Positions 53,901 to 62,032 of a stretch of DNA of 64,000 nucleotides are shown piece after piece. The stretch is from positions 9,169-73,168 of the forward strand of contig JAKASR010000002.1 of NCBI GenBank assembly GCA_021818955.1, in the 5' to 3' direction. The notes beneath the pieces were generated by a model. The model worked only from the letters and a program-made list of their open reading frames with translations. It was not told where the DNA came from and ran no database searches. Every line of letters starts with the position of its first letter. Position 1 is the stretch's first letter. A program made the position numbers and the translations under genes. The DNA is from Acidobacteriota bacterium (GTDB lineage: Bacteria > Acidobacteriota > Terriglobia > Terriglobales > SCQP01).

Positions 53901-54021
53901 CGGGAAAAACGTCGTACTTTGCCTGGCTTAAAAAATACAGCCCCGCAGCGAATACAACTGCGGCCAGCGCCAGCACAATGACGCGGCGGCGGAGCGCGAA
54001 ACGTACGATGGCAGTCAGCAT
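50926..54021 (-). CDS. Heavy-metal efflux RND permease (CusA/CzcA family)
   Basis: DVFPEF, MSLGGLAIAIGEVVDDAVIDVENI, ERLAPILMT; 1031 aa. Confidence 0.95.
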   Translation of the reverse strand: MLTAIVRFALRRRVIVLALAAVVFAAGLYFLSQAKYDVFPEFAPPMVTIQTAAPGLAPRQIERLVTSPIEVSVVGLPGLQNVFSKSIQGLSVVKITFRSGTDVYRARQLVAERLATVHLPTSARPPLMTPLTSATGTAMVIGLTSNRLSLMQLRTIADWPLRLQLLAARGVASTLIFGGEVEEYQIQFRPSRLMAFHLGLQPVIAAARRVTAIKGAGFMNTPNQRLVLETTGQLLALPQLAGVVVARYNGHNVTLGQVAHLRLAPAPRISAAIIAGRPGVLISVKSQYGANTLDVTHTVESALHQIEPALKKEGVRVHILFRPAAFIHTALQHLRLVLLVGGILVVAILFLFLFDFHTAAISFTAIPLSLLTAVIVLTRLGYSLNIMSLGGLAIAIGEVVDDAVIDVENIARRLRENGRSAAPRPALRVVLDASVEVRSAVVYATFAVILIFLPILGLSGVAGRLFSPLALAYIFSILASLGVALTVTPAMAYYLLARQAHPLREQQPPLVRALIRFYRPILEGVERLYALAVLLPAGLAVLGVLLLLSFHTSFLPSFKEGHFILHEHTAPGTSLDETTRIDNRVLQALRPIAGIRSLSARIGRATMGEARGPEGSEIGIDLEPHLSGPANTKIGAQIRHALRPFFGATFELNTFLAERMSETISGFTSPVVINVFGPKLEAVNATAAQIAGVLGKIHGATGVRIQAPAGEPHIHIQLRPRQIARWGLDPVSVLQDVSAGFRGVRVGQIYQGEEVFNLRVILPPRIRQGGIAALRQLPVRTPGGNYVPLKSLARITESSGPETILHEGGRRAQTVTTNLHGISLGRFMAAARAAIAQIPLPPGVYLQYAGAAAAAARSRHELLLYSGFALIGILLLLSIVMMNGRNLLLVLANIPFALVGGVLAVWWLGGRLSLGPMVGFITLFGITIRNSMMLISHYEHLVSEEGMSWGKEAALRGASERLAPILMTASITGLGLLPLALRRGAPGLEIEGPMAVVILGGLITSTALNLLVLPALARRFGRFEKPQAIGI

Positions 54022-54037
54022 ATTGGATTAATCATCG

Positions 54038-55027
54038 TCATCGCCCGCCCGAGGGCGTCGCGGGCCCGGCTTGCCGCCGCAGCAATTGCGAGAAAAGCTG
54101 CTGCGCTCCGGTGGTCACTATTTCCCGGCCCGCAAGCGCGCGCTCCGGGATATAAGCTCCGGCGCGGCTGCTGAAGGCGGCATGCACCTGATGGAGTTGA
54201 AAGCGTCCCGGCCCCAGGCGAAGAAAAATCCAGGGCTCTCCCCGCCAGTACAACAAGGCAGCGCGCGGCGCCAGCACCCCGGCCTGCACCCGGCCGGCGC
54301 GCAGCGATGCCGTCAAGCTCAGGCCCGGCGCCAGCGCGGCGCGCGCCGGCGCCAGATACAGGTAGCCCGGCGCCTGCAGCCGCGGATTGATTTGGGGATA
54401 AGCGGAAAGGTACTGGCCGACAATGGGAGCGCCTCCGCCGGGCGGCTGGAATCGCGCCCTGCGCGGCGGGCGCGCGCCCGCGGGCGGGGTCAATTCGATC
54501 AAATATTCTTGCAACTGGAGCACCCGCGCCAAGTTCGGCGCCGGCGCCCCCTGCCGCGAAGCCGCCAGCCAGCCCGCCACTTTCGGGCCCCACCCCTGCG
54601 TCGCTTCGGCCACGATCAACCCCCATTGCGCGCGATCCGCTCCTGCCGCGCTGCGCCAATGAGTCACCTGTAGCGCGGCGGCTTGCAGCGCTTTCAGCGA
54701 AACGTTCTGGTGCTGGTGATAGAGCCGGCGCAATCGCCGGTGTTCCTGGCGGGCGTACTCCAGGCTGGCCCTATCCTGCTGCCATCGGGCGACAGCCGCC
54801 ACATACCGCTCGCGCAAGGTCACCAGCGGCTCGGCGGAAAGCACCATCCCCAGCGCGGCAACGCGCGCGCGGCGATGCAGTAAGCGCAGCGGTTGCCAAC
54901 GCACGCCATTGCGCCGCGCCTGTCCCGGCTGCAAGCGCAGCATCCGACCGGAAATCGCGGCTTGCGCGCGCGCCGCCGTTACGGCGGCTAACCCAAGCAT
55001 TGCAATCAGCCATATTTTTCGCCTCAT
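54038..55027 (-). CDS. RND membrane-fusion (adaptor) protein
   Basis: Signal peptide, coiled coil, C-terminal IVTTGAQQL; ATG overlaps the tolC stop. Confidence 0.8.
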   Translation of the reverse strand: MRRKIWLIAMLGLAAVTAARAQAAISGRMLRLQPGQARRNGVRWQPLRLLHRRARVAALGMVLSAEPLVTLRERYVAAVARWQQDRASLEYARQEHRRLRRLYHQHQNVSLKALQAAALQVTHWRSAAGADRAQWGLIVAEATQGWGPKVAGWLAASRQGAPAPNLARVLQLQEYLIELTPPAGARPPRRARFQPPGGGAPIVGQYLSAYPQINPRLQAPGYLYLAPARAALAPGLSLTASLRAGRVQAGVLAPRAALLYWRGEPWIFLRLGPGRFQLHQVHAAFSSRAGAYIPERALAGREIVTTGAQQLFSQLLRRQAGPATPSGGR

Positions 55028-56439
55028 GGCTTCCCCTTCTTCCCCGACAATTGCCAAGCCGGCGTCAGCGGCCGCTCGACGGCATCTTCCAATTGGCCGA
55101 GCGCGGCTTGCGCATTGGCCAACGCCCGCCAAGTGTTTTGACGGGCCAGATTCGATTGCGTCCGGGCGGCGTTATAGCTCAACTTGCCCGTCTCCCCCTG
55201 GCGCATGGCCTGTCCGGCGGCGGCCTGCACGCGCCCAGCCAGGCGTTCGTTGGCGAGGGCCGTATGCCAGGCATTCCAAGCGGCCCGGTAACCTTCCCAC
55301 GCATTCGCGGCGGCGGCGCGGTCCCGCGCCTGCAAGGCCATGAATGCCGCCGCAAGCTGATCTCGTTCCGCCTTGGCTTGCGCGATCGGCCCCTGGTTGT
55401 GATTAAATACCGGCAACACCAGCGACAGCGTCAGGCGGAGAACGCTTTGCGCTTCTTGGTAGCTGTAGCCGGGGCCCAGGTTCAGGTTGGGGTATTGCAG
55501 CGCGATCTGCGATTGCAAGTTCGCTTGCGCCACCGCATATTGGGCCAGCGCCTGGCGTAAATCCAGCCGGTTGATTTCCGCCCAACGCTCAAGTTGCGGC
55601 TTCGGCAGCGAAGCCGGGGCAGGCGGCTGCCCGAATCCGGGCCATTGCAAACGCCCCCCACGCAGGCTGGACGCCGGCACGCCAATGGCCGCCGCCAGCG
55701 TCAGCCGCGCTTGGCGAAACGCGCCCTGGGCTTGCTCCAGCGCCATTTGCGCCTGAATGCTGCGCCGCTCGGCGGCCAGATACGGCGGACGCGCCCACTC
55801 GCCCGCCTGGTAGCGCCGGCGCAATATTTGCGCCGCTTGCGCCGAGTTCCTGGCCGCCGCGCGCAAGAGCGCCAGCCGCCGGCGCGCGTTGAAAAACGCA
55901 AGCAGCGCCGCGCGCAACTGCGCTCGCACGTGCCAGGCGGCGCTGGCAATCTGGAATCGCACCATCTCGATTTGCCGTCGCGCCACGCGCATCCGCGCCG
56001 CGCGCTTGCCGGCCGTTTCGATGGGAAGCAGCCCGCCCAGGCGCAGTGTCCACGGGCTTACCGGAAAAGTCTCATAGCCGGGGCCTATGCCCAGGCTGGG
56101 GTTGGGCCGCTCCGCCGCGGTGGATAGTCCGGCTTGCGCGATTGCCATCCGCGCCCGCGCCGCCGCCAATTGCGGGTTGTAATAGAGCGCGGCCAGCGTC
56201 AGCCGCCGCGGCGTCCAGACGAGCAGCGGCCAATGCCGCAGCCGATGGCCCAGTGCATGTTCCAGGTAGGCGCGCAACACGGGGGCGCGCAGCGAGCGCG
56301 CGGCCAGACGCGCCGCCGTGACTTGCGGCTGCAGCGGCCGGGCCCGGTAATGTTCGAACCCACATCCGCCCAGGCTGACCAGCAGCCCCGGCAGCAGAAC
56401 ATACAAGGACGATTTGGCGAAAGCACCTCTGGCGGACAT
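55024..56439 (-). CDS. TolC-family outer-membrane lipoprotein
   Basis: Lipobox LGGC, ALYYNPQL, PNLNLGPGY, LPVFNHNQG. Confidence 0.9.
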   Translation of the reverse strand: MSARGAFAKSSLYVLLPGLLVSLGGCGFEHYRARPLQPQVTAARLAARSLRAPVLRAYLEHALGHRLRHWPLLVWTPRRLTLAALYYNPQLAAARARMAIAQAGLSTAAERPNPSLGIGPGYETFPVSPWTLRLGGLLPIETAGKRAARMRVARRQIEMVRFQIASAAWHVRAQLRAALLAFFNARRRLALLRAAARNSAQAAQILRRRYQAGEWARPPYLAAERRSIQAQMALEQAQGAFRQARLTLAAAIGVPASSLRGGRLQWPGFGQPPAPASLPKPQLERWAEINRLDLRQALAQYAVAQANLQSQIALQYPNLNLGPGYSYQEAQSVLRLTLSLVLPVFNHNQGPIAQAKAERDQLAAAFMALQARDRAAAANAWEGYRAAWNAWHTALANERLAGRVQAAAGQAMRQGETGKLSYNAARTQSNLARQNTWRALANAQAALGQLEDAVERPLTPAWQLSGKKGKP

Positions 56440-56444
56440 CGGAC

Positions 56445-56520
56445 CTCGCTGGATGACAAAAACGAATGGATGCCCGGGCGCAAGACGCGCCGGGCACAAT
56501 GCCGCATCATTCTCAGCGAG
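56445..56520 (-). promoter_or_regulatory. Long hairpin overlapping the tolC ribosome-binding site
   Basis: Minus strand CTCGCTG..ATGA...TGCCCGGCGC-loop-GCGCCCGGGCA...TCAT.CAGCGAG; the 3' arm includes GAG of the SD GAGGT. Confidence 0.55.
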
Positions 56521-56524
56521 AAGA

Positions 56525-56842
56525 CTAAATTCGCAGGGAAGCCAACGGTGGCGAGGGATCAAACCCCAGCAGTATGGCCGGTGCCAGCGCGATGCCGACG
56601 ACGCGGTTTTCGCCTGTCCAGATTCGCGTCTTTATGCCGCGCAATAAAATATCGGTCGCTTGCGCCATGATCGCCGCGGAACCGGCGGCGGCCAATACAA
56701 AACAGAGCGCCAGCTCGCAATCGTGCGCGTTCAGCGGGCGCGCCGCGCCCAAGCGGTCGGCGCACTGTTTCAGCGGCGCCAGCAGCAGGTAGGCTGCCGC
56801 CAGCGTGACCAGCAGCAACAGTATGGGGGAGCGGCGATGCAT
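56525..56842 (-). CDS. Small Cys/His-containing membrane or leader protein upstream of the metal efflux operon
   Basis: 105 aa; N-terminal hydrophobic helix, C...HDCE...C, ends PSPPLASLRI; TATGCT 8 nt before ATG. Confidence 0.6.
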   Translation of the reverse strand: MHRRSPILLLLVTLAAAYLLLAPLKQCADRLGAARPLNAHDCELALCFVLAAAGSAAIMAQATDILLRGIKTRIWTGENRVVGIALAPAILLGFDPSPPLASLRI

Positions 56843-57046
56843 CCAAACCCAGCATAGCGCAGATGGAATCACAGGAATGCAGGCAAGCGGACAAGCACCC
56901 CCATGCGAGATAATTTCCCGGTAAGTCGAGCTGGTAAAACATTTAGCGCATCCGGCATAGGTGAATTATTCCGGTTTCAATATACGCCATGACATGAAAA
57001 TAAATGCACCTGTCATGATGCCCTGCGAAAATTTCGACGCATTGAA

Positions 57047-57970
57047 TTATTTTCCCAGCCGCGCGCCGGGGGCTAAATGCGCGCCGCGCAGAAATTCTCC
57101 GCCGCTCATCCTTTTCCGCGCTTCCGGCTGCACTTCCAGTAATTCGAGCGCGCCTTGGCCGCAGGCGACGGACATCGTTTCAGCCGGCAACAGCGTTCCG
57201 GGCGCGCCGGAAGCAGGGGAAATGCGGCAGCGGGCGATCGCCAGCCGCGCGCCCTGCGCGAAGGTATAAATTCCCGGCCAGGGCTGAAAACCGCGCCAGC
57301 GGTTGTAGAGTTCGCGCGCCGGCAGCTTCCAATCCACCTCGCCATCTTCTTTTTTCAGCAGCGGCGCCAGGGTAGCCTGGGCATTTGCCTGCGGCACGGC
57401 CGCAATTGTGCCCGCCGCCAGCCCCAGCAAAGTCGCCGGCAAAAGCTCGGCGGCCAGGGCGGCCAGGCGGCGGCTCAACTCGGGCGCGGTTTCGTCTTCA
57501 CCAATGGCGATGCTTTGCCGCAGCAGCAGGTCGCCGGTATCCATGCCGGCGTTGATGCGCATGGTGGTCACGCCGGTTTCGCGCTCGCCGCGCGCGAGGG
57601 CCCATTGAATCGGCGCGGCGCCACGATAGCGGGGCAGCAGCGAAGCATGGGCGTTAATCGCGCCCAACGGCGGCAGCTCGAACACACGCCGCGGCAATAG
57701 TTGTCCGTAGGCGACCACCGCCAAGGCTTCCGGCCGGCGCTCCGCCAGCCATTGCACCCCCGCCTCGTCGCGAATTTTTTCCGGCTGGAACACTTCCAGT
57801 CCCCACCGTTGCGCCGCCAGCTTGACCGCCGGCGCCTGGAGGATTGCGCCGCGTCCCACCGGCCGGTCGGGCTGGCAGACCACCCCGCGCAGGCGAATGC
57901 CTTCGCTTTGCGCCAGGCGTTCCAGCGCGGGCACGGCAAATTCCGGCGTGCCGAGAAAGATAACGTCCAC
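57047..57970 (-). CDS. fmt: Methionyl-tRNA formyltransferase
   Basis: FLGTPEFA, QPDRP, NAHASLLPRYRGAAPIQ, MDTGD; GTG start. Confidence 0.96.
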   Translation of the reverse strand: MDVIFLGTPEFAVPALERLAQSEGIRLRGVVCQPDRPVGRGAILQAPAVKLAAQRWGLEVFQPEKIRDEAGVQWLAERRPEALAVVAYGQLLPRRVFELPPLGAINAHASLLPRYRGAAPIQWALARGERETGVTTMRINAGMDTGDLLLRQSIAIGEDETAPELSRRLAALAAELLPATLLGLAAGTIAAVPQANAQATLAPLLKKEDGEVDWKLPARELYNRWRGFQPWPGIYTFAQGARLAIARCRISPASGAPGTLLPAETMSVACGQGALELLEVQPEARKRMSGGEFLRGAHLAPGARLGK

Positions 57971-58015
57971 TCTGCGATTGTAGGCTGTGCGCGGTTTCGC
58001 GGCCAGTTTCATGCA

Positions 58016-59002
58016 ATGCAACCTCCGGCACGCTCTTACGGTTCAGAACTGATCGTGTGGCGGCTGCACACGCAAGCCGATCTCTCGTCCCTGGCCGCGC
58101 TCTGGCGCGCCGCCCCGGCCGAGCATATATTTCAGCGCTTCGAGATGGCCGCCGCCTGGGCGCGAGTCTTTGCCGGCCCCGGCGGCCCCTACCGCCCGCG
58201 GATCTGGTATTGCGAAAACCCGCCGCTGATTTTGCCGCTGGCCGAGCGCGAGGAGGTGCTGCGTTGGCTAGGTGACGGGCTGTGGGATTATTGCGATCCG
58301 TTGGGCGATGCCGCCGCTCCCGAATGGAGGCAGGCGCCGGTCGCGCAAGCCCCGGCGGCGCTGCATGGAATTCGCGAAAACTGCGGTTGGTGGACCTGGT
58401 TTCAATCGCAGCCCTGGAAGCTGGAGTATTTCGCCGACGCCCCCTTTTACCGCGCCGGCGCGCTGCCGCCGGAGGCGGCCGTCGCCGCGCTCGATGAGCG
58501 GCATCCGCGCATTACCGAGCGGCTCGATCACCTGCTGCGCGCCGGCGTCGAATTCGCCATGGTCACTGAACCGCTTGAACGCCAGCGCCTGCTGGCCTGG
58601 ACCTTGCGACAAAAGGCCGCGCGCATGGCCGCGCTCGGCCAGGCGAATGTGTTAGGCGGGTTGGAAGCCGCCTGGCTGGCGGAGATGGTGGCCTGCCATC
58701 CGGAATTTTGCGAATTGTGGCGGCTCGGGCCGGCGGATCGCCCTTGGGCGGCGCTGCTGACCTGGTCGCAACCCGGCCTGCGGCTCGGTTATACGCTCTC
58801 GTTCGATCCCGCCGTCGCCCGCCATTCGCCCGGCGTGAAGCTGCTCTATGCGGTCCTGCGCCGCACCGTGGCCGAGGGCCGCGGCTTTGATTTTCTCACC
58901 GGCAGCCAGCCCTTCAAGTTGCGCTTCGCCAGCGGCGCTCAGCGGCTGTGGCAGTGTCATTCTCCGGCGGCGGCCGCAATGTTAAACTGCAATCAGAACT
59001 GA
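58016..59002 (+). CDS. GNAT acetyltransferase (CelD/BcsL-like)
   Basis: IFQRFE, WDYCD, HSPGVKLL, FDFLTGSQPFKLRF. Confidence 0.78.
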   Translation: MQPPARSYGSELIVWRLHTQADLSSLAALWRAAPAEHIFQRFEMAAAWARVFAGPGGPYRPRIWYCENPPLILPLAEREEVLRWLGDGLWDYCDPLGDAAAPEWRQAPVAQAPAALHGIRENCGWWTWFQSQPWKLEYFADAPFYRAGALPPEAAVAALDERHPRITERLDHLLRAGVEFAMVTEPLERQRLLAWTLRQKAARMAALGQANVLGGLEAAWLAEMVACHPEFCELWRLGPADRPWAALLTWSQPGLRLGYTLSFDPAVARHSPGVKLLYAVLRRTVAEGRGFDFLTGSQPFKLRFASGAQRLWQCHSPAAAAMLNCNQN

Positions 59003-59829
59003 TGGCGGAATCTTCTCAAGCTCATTCACTTCCAGCCGACGCCGGCCGCGCCGATATCCATTGTCATATCCTCCCGGCCCTGGACGACGGCGCCGAAGAC
59101 CTCGAAATGTCGGTGGCCATGGCCCGGTTGGCGGCGGAAGACGGCACCACCGATTTAGCCGCCACGCCGCATGCGAATTACCAGTTCGCCTTTTCCCCGG
59201 AACGCAATCGCGAGCTGAAGGCTCAACTCGAAGCGCGGCTCGACGGGAAATTGCGCCTGCACCTGGGCTGCGATTTCCATCTTTCCATTGAAAACATCCA
59301 GGACGCCTTGCAAAATTTCGGCAAATACAGCCTCAATGGCGGACGCTATCTGCTGGTGGAATTTCCCGACCCGTTTCATCCCCCGGCTCACGAGCGCGGC
59401 CTGGCGCAGCTGATCGAAGCCGGCTATGTGCCGGTGCTCACTCACCCGGAACGCAATCGCGTATTTCAAACCCATACCCGGCTGATTTCCGATTTCATCC
59501 GGCTGGGCTGCATCGTGCAGGTCACCGGCGGCGCCTTCCTCGGCAGTTGGGGACGCGCCGCGCAAAAAAATGCGGAAGAGCTGCTGTCGCACGACCTGGT
59601 GCATGTTATCGCCTCCGACGGACATGCCCCTCGCAACCGCTCGCCGCGGCTGGCGGAAGCCGCCGCCCGGATTGCCGAATTGCGCGATGAAGCCGTGGCC
59701 AACGCGCTCAGCCGCGACAATCCCCAAGCCATACTGCGCAATCAGGAACTGGCCTATCATCCCCGTCCCGCCCCCGAGTCCAAAAAAACCAGCCTGCTCG
59801 CTCGCCTGGGCCTGGCCGGTCGCAGCTAA
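59002..59829 (+). CDS. PHP-family tyrosine-protein phosphatase (CpsB/YwqE-like)
   Basis: DIHCHILPALDDG, ATPH, THPERN, ASDGH. Confidence 0.92.
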   Translation: MAESSQAHSLPADAGRADIHCHILPALDDGAEDLEMSVAMARLAAEDGTTDLAATPHANYQFAFSPERNRELKAQLEARLDGKLRLHLGCDFHLSIENIQDALQNFGKYSLNGGRYLLVEFPDPFHPPAHERGLAQLIEAGYVPVLTHPERNRVFQTHTRLISDFIRLGCIVQVTGGAFLGSWGRAAQKNAEELLSHDLVHVIASDGHAPRNRSPRLAEAAARIAELRDEAVANALSRDNPQAILRNQELAYHPRPAPESKKTSLLARLGLAGRS

Positions 59830-60001
59830 CGCATCCCGCCTCGCGCGCCCCTGATGCAGGCTGCGCCTGAACCTTCGCCTGAGCGCGGCGTGCTTATAAA
59901 ATGAGGCATTCCCCCACCGCGCCGAGGTCTCCGTATATGCGATAATCACGTGCAGTTTCAGCAAGGCCGCTCAACGCCGCCCTTCAGGAATTGACCCGCG
60001 C

Positions 60002-61393
60002 ATGCCGTTTTACGAGCCCCCCCGCACGCATCGCCTTCGTAATTTTTTGCTGACGCTGCTCGCCTTGGCCATCGCGGCGCTGGCATTGGCCTGGTTGCGC
60101 GGCGGCCGGCCGCATCTGACCGCCTCCTGGCCGCCGGCGGTAGGCATGCACACCCATCTGCGCTTGCAGGCGCGCGCCGGCATGGGGCTTGCCTCGGCCC
60201 GCATTTGGTATGAACAGCATGGACGCCGGCTGCCGCTCCTGGCGCGGCATTGGCATGGCCGCAACTGGTGGCGATCGACGCGCCCGCGCCAGGTGGCTTT
60301 AAGCATTCCCGTCGGCCGCGGCGATGTCCCTGGCTTGCGCGATGGCGACGCCACCCTGGTGGCGCGTTTCACCACGGCCAACCTGCGCCGCTCCCGTCTG
60401 ACCGTGCGCCACCGCCTGGTGGTGCGCTCGGTCCCGCCTCGCCTGACGGCCTTGACCAGCCAGCAATATATCGTCCAAGGCGGAGCCGAATTGCTGGTCT
60501 ATCGCGCCTCCTCCGGCACGGTGCGCAGCGGCGTGCGGCTGGCGGGCGATTTTTTCCCTGGCCATCGCCTGCCGGGCGCCGGAAAAGGCATTTACTTCTG
60601 CCTCTTTGCCGAGCCTTGGAACGTCCGGCCGCCGCTTCATGCCCGGCTCTTCGGCGTGGATGATGCCGGCAATCGAACCCAAATCGCCTTTCCCCTGCAC
60701 GCCTTTGCCCAGCGCTTTCGCAAGCGTCCGCCGTTTCTGCTCACCCGCGAGGACTTGCAACGCCTGCTGCCGCCCATCCTGGCGCACGAACCGCAGTTGC
60801 ACGCCGGCGCCCATCTCGGCCCCAATTTCGTGCTGGTGGATCAGACGCTGGCGCAATCTCAACTGCGCCAACTGGCCAGGTTGAGCCGGCATAGCGTGCA
60901 CGGTTTCCTCTGGCATGGCGCCTTCGAGCCCCTGCCCCACGCCGCGCTCGAAGCCCGTTTCGCCGACCAGCGGCAGTTTGTCTATCGCGGCCATGTGCTC
61001 GACGACGAAGTCCACCTGGGCGACGATCTGGCCTCGGTGCGGCATACGCCGATTCCCGCCGCCAACGCCGGCCGGGTGATGATGGCCAGCTATTTCGGCA
61101 TCTATGGCAACGCCGTCGTGCTCGATCACGGCTACGGCCTGATGACGCTCTATGGCCACATGCACGACTTCGCCGTCAAGGTAGGCGAAACCGTCGCCAA
61201 AGGCCAACTGCTCGGCCATAGCGATTCCACCGGCCTGGCGCTAGGCGATCATGTCCATTTCAGCGTGATGGTGGATGGGGTTATGGTCAACCCGTTGGAA
61301 TGGTGGGATCCGCACTGGATCCAAGCGCACCTCTGGACCAAGCTGGCGAAATTCGGCAATACCCAGACCCAGCCGCGCCGGCGGCCGCAATAA
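60002..61393 (+). CDS. M23 family metallopeptidase
   Basis: TM anchor, HLGDD, YGNAVVLDHG, LYGH, GDHVHF. Confidence 0.92.
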   Translation: MPFYEPPRTHRLRNFLLTLLALAIAALALAWLRGGRPHLTASWPPAVGMHTHLRLQARAGMGLASARIWYEQHGRRLPLLARHWHGRNWWRSTRPRQVALSIPVGRGDVPGLRDGDATLVARFTTANLRRSRLTVRHRLVVRSVPPRLTALTSQQYIVQGGAELLVYRASSGTVRSGVRLAGDFFPGHRLPGAGKGIYFCLFAEPWNVRPPLHARLFGVDDAGNRTQIAFPLHAFAQRFRKRPPFLLTREDLQRLLPPILAHEPQLHAGAHLGPNFVLVDQTLAQSQLRQLARLSRHSVHGFLWHGAFEPLPHAALEARFADQRQFVYRGHVLDDEVHLGDDLASVRHTPIPAANAGRVMMASYFGIYGNAVVLDHGYGLMTLYGHMHDFAVKVGETVAKGQLLGHSDSTGLALGDHVHFSVMVDGVMVNPLEWWDPHWIQAHLWTKLAKFGNTQTQPRRRPQ

Positions 61394-61483
61394 GCCCAAC
61401 CCCGGGCAGCCCAGGCCTCAGGCGCGGGCGGCTGGGAGCAGGCGGCATCACGCCGCGCGGCAGGCCCGCGGCGCGAGGCCGGC

Positions 61484-61540
61484 TTGACGGTCCGCCCGGG
61501 GCTGATGTATAAATATTCATTTAATGATTATTTATTCATG
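61484..61540 (+). promoter_or_regulatory. argR operon promoter with tandem ARG boxes
   Basis: TTGACG 61484-61489, TATAAA 61508-61513; ATGTATAAATATTCAT (61505-61520) and ATGATTATTTATTCAT (61524-61539) match the TGAAT-N4-ATTCA ARG-box pattern. Confidence 0.85.
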
Positions 61541-61570
61541 GTCGGGCCTGAGCGGCCGCGGCGGCCCCGC

Positions 61571-62032
61571 ATGAGCAAAGCCTACCGGCATGAGCAGATT
61601 CTCAAGCTGATCCGCTCCCGGCCGCTGCATTCGCAAACGGAACTGGCCGCCGCGCTCGAACGCCGCGGCTTGCACATCAGCCAGGTGACGCTGTCGCGCG
61701 ATTTGCGCGATCTCGGCTTGGTGAAATCTGCCGCCGGCTATGTCGTGGCCCCGCCCGCGGGCGATGCCGCCGCCGCGCGCGAGTCCGGGCCGGCGACGGA
61801 ACTGGGCAGGATCTTGCGCGAGTTTGTGCGCGACCTGCGTCCGGCGCAAAACCTGGTGGTCATTAAGACCGAGCCCGGCGCCGCGCCCACCGTGGCGGCG
61901 GCGCTGGACGCGGAAAACTGGCGCGAGGTCGTCGGCTCGCTGGCCGGCGACGATACCGTGCTGCTGATTTCGGCCGATGCCGCCGCCGGCCGGCGCCTGC
62001 TGCGCCATCTGCGCGATATCCTGGCCGCCTGA
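61571..62032 (+). CDS. argR: Arginine repressor
   Basis: SQTEL, QVTLSRDL, VIKTEPG, GSLAGDDT. Confidence 0.95.
   Translation: MSKAYRHEQILKLIRSRPLHSQTELAAALERRGLHISQVTLSRDLRDLGLVKSAAGYVVAPPAGDAAAARESGPATELGRILREFVRDLRPAQNLVVIKTEPGAAPTVAAALDAENWREVVGSLAGDDTVLLISADAAAGRRLLRHLRDILAA

Noticed and set aside
56988-57017. CATGACA-N16-TGTCATG as a CusR-type box
   Set aside because: Half-site spacing is far longer than a CusR box and no response regulator is nearby; may be a hairpin after fmt
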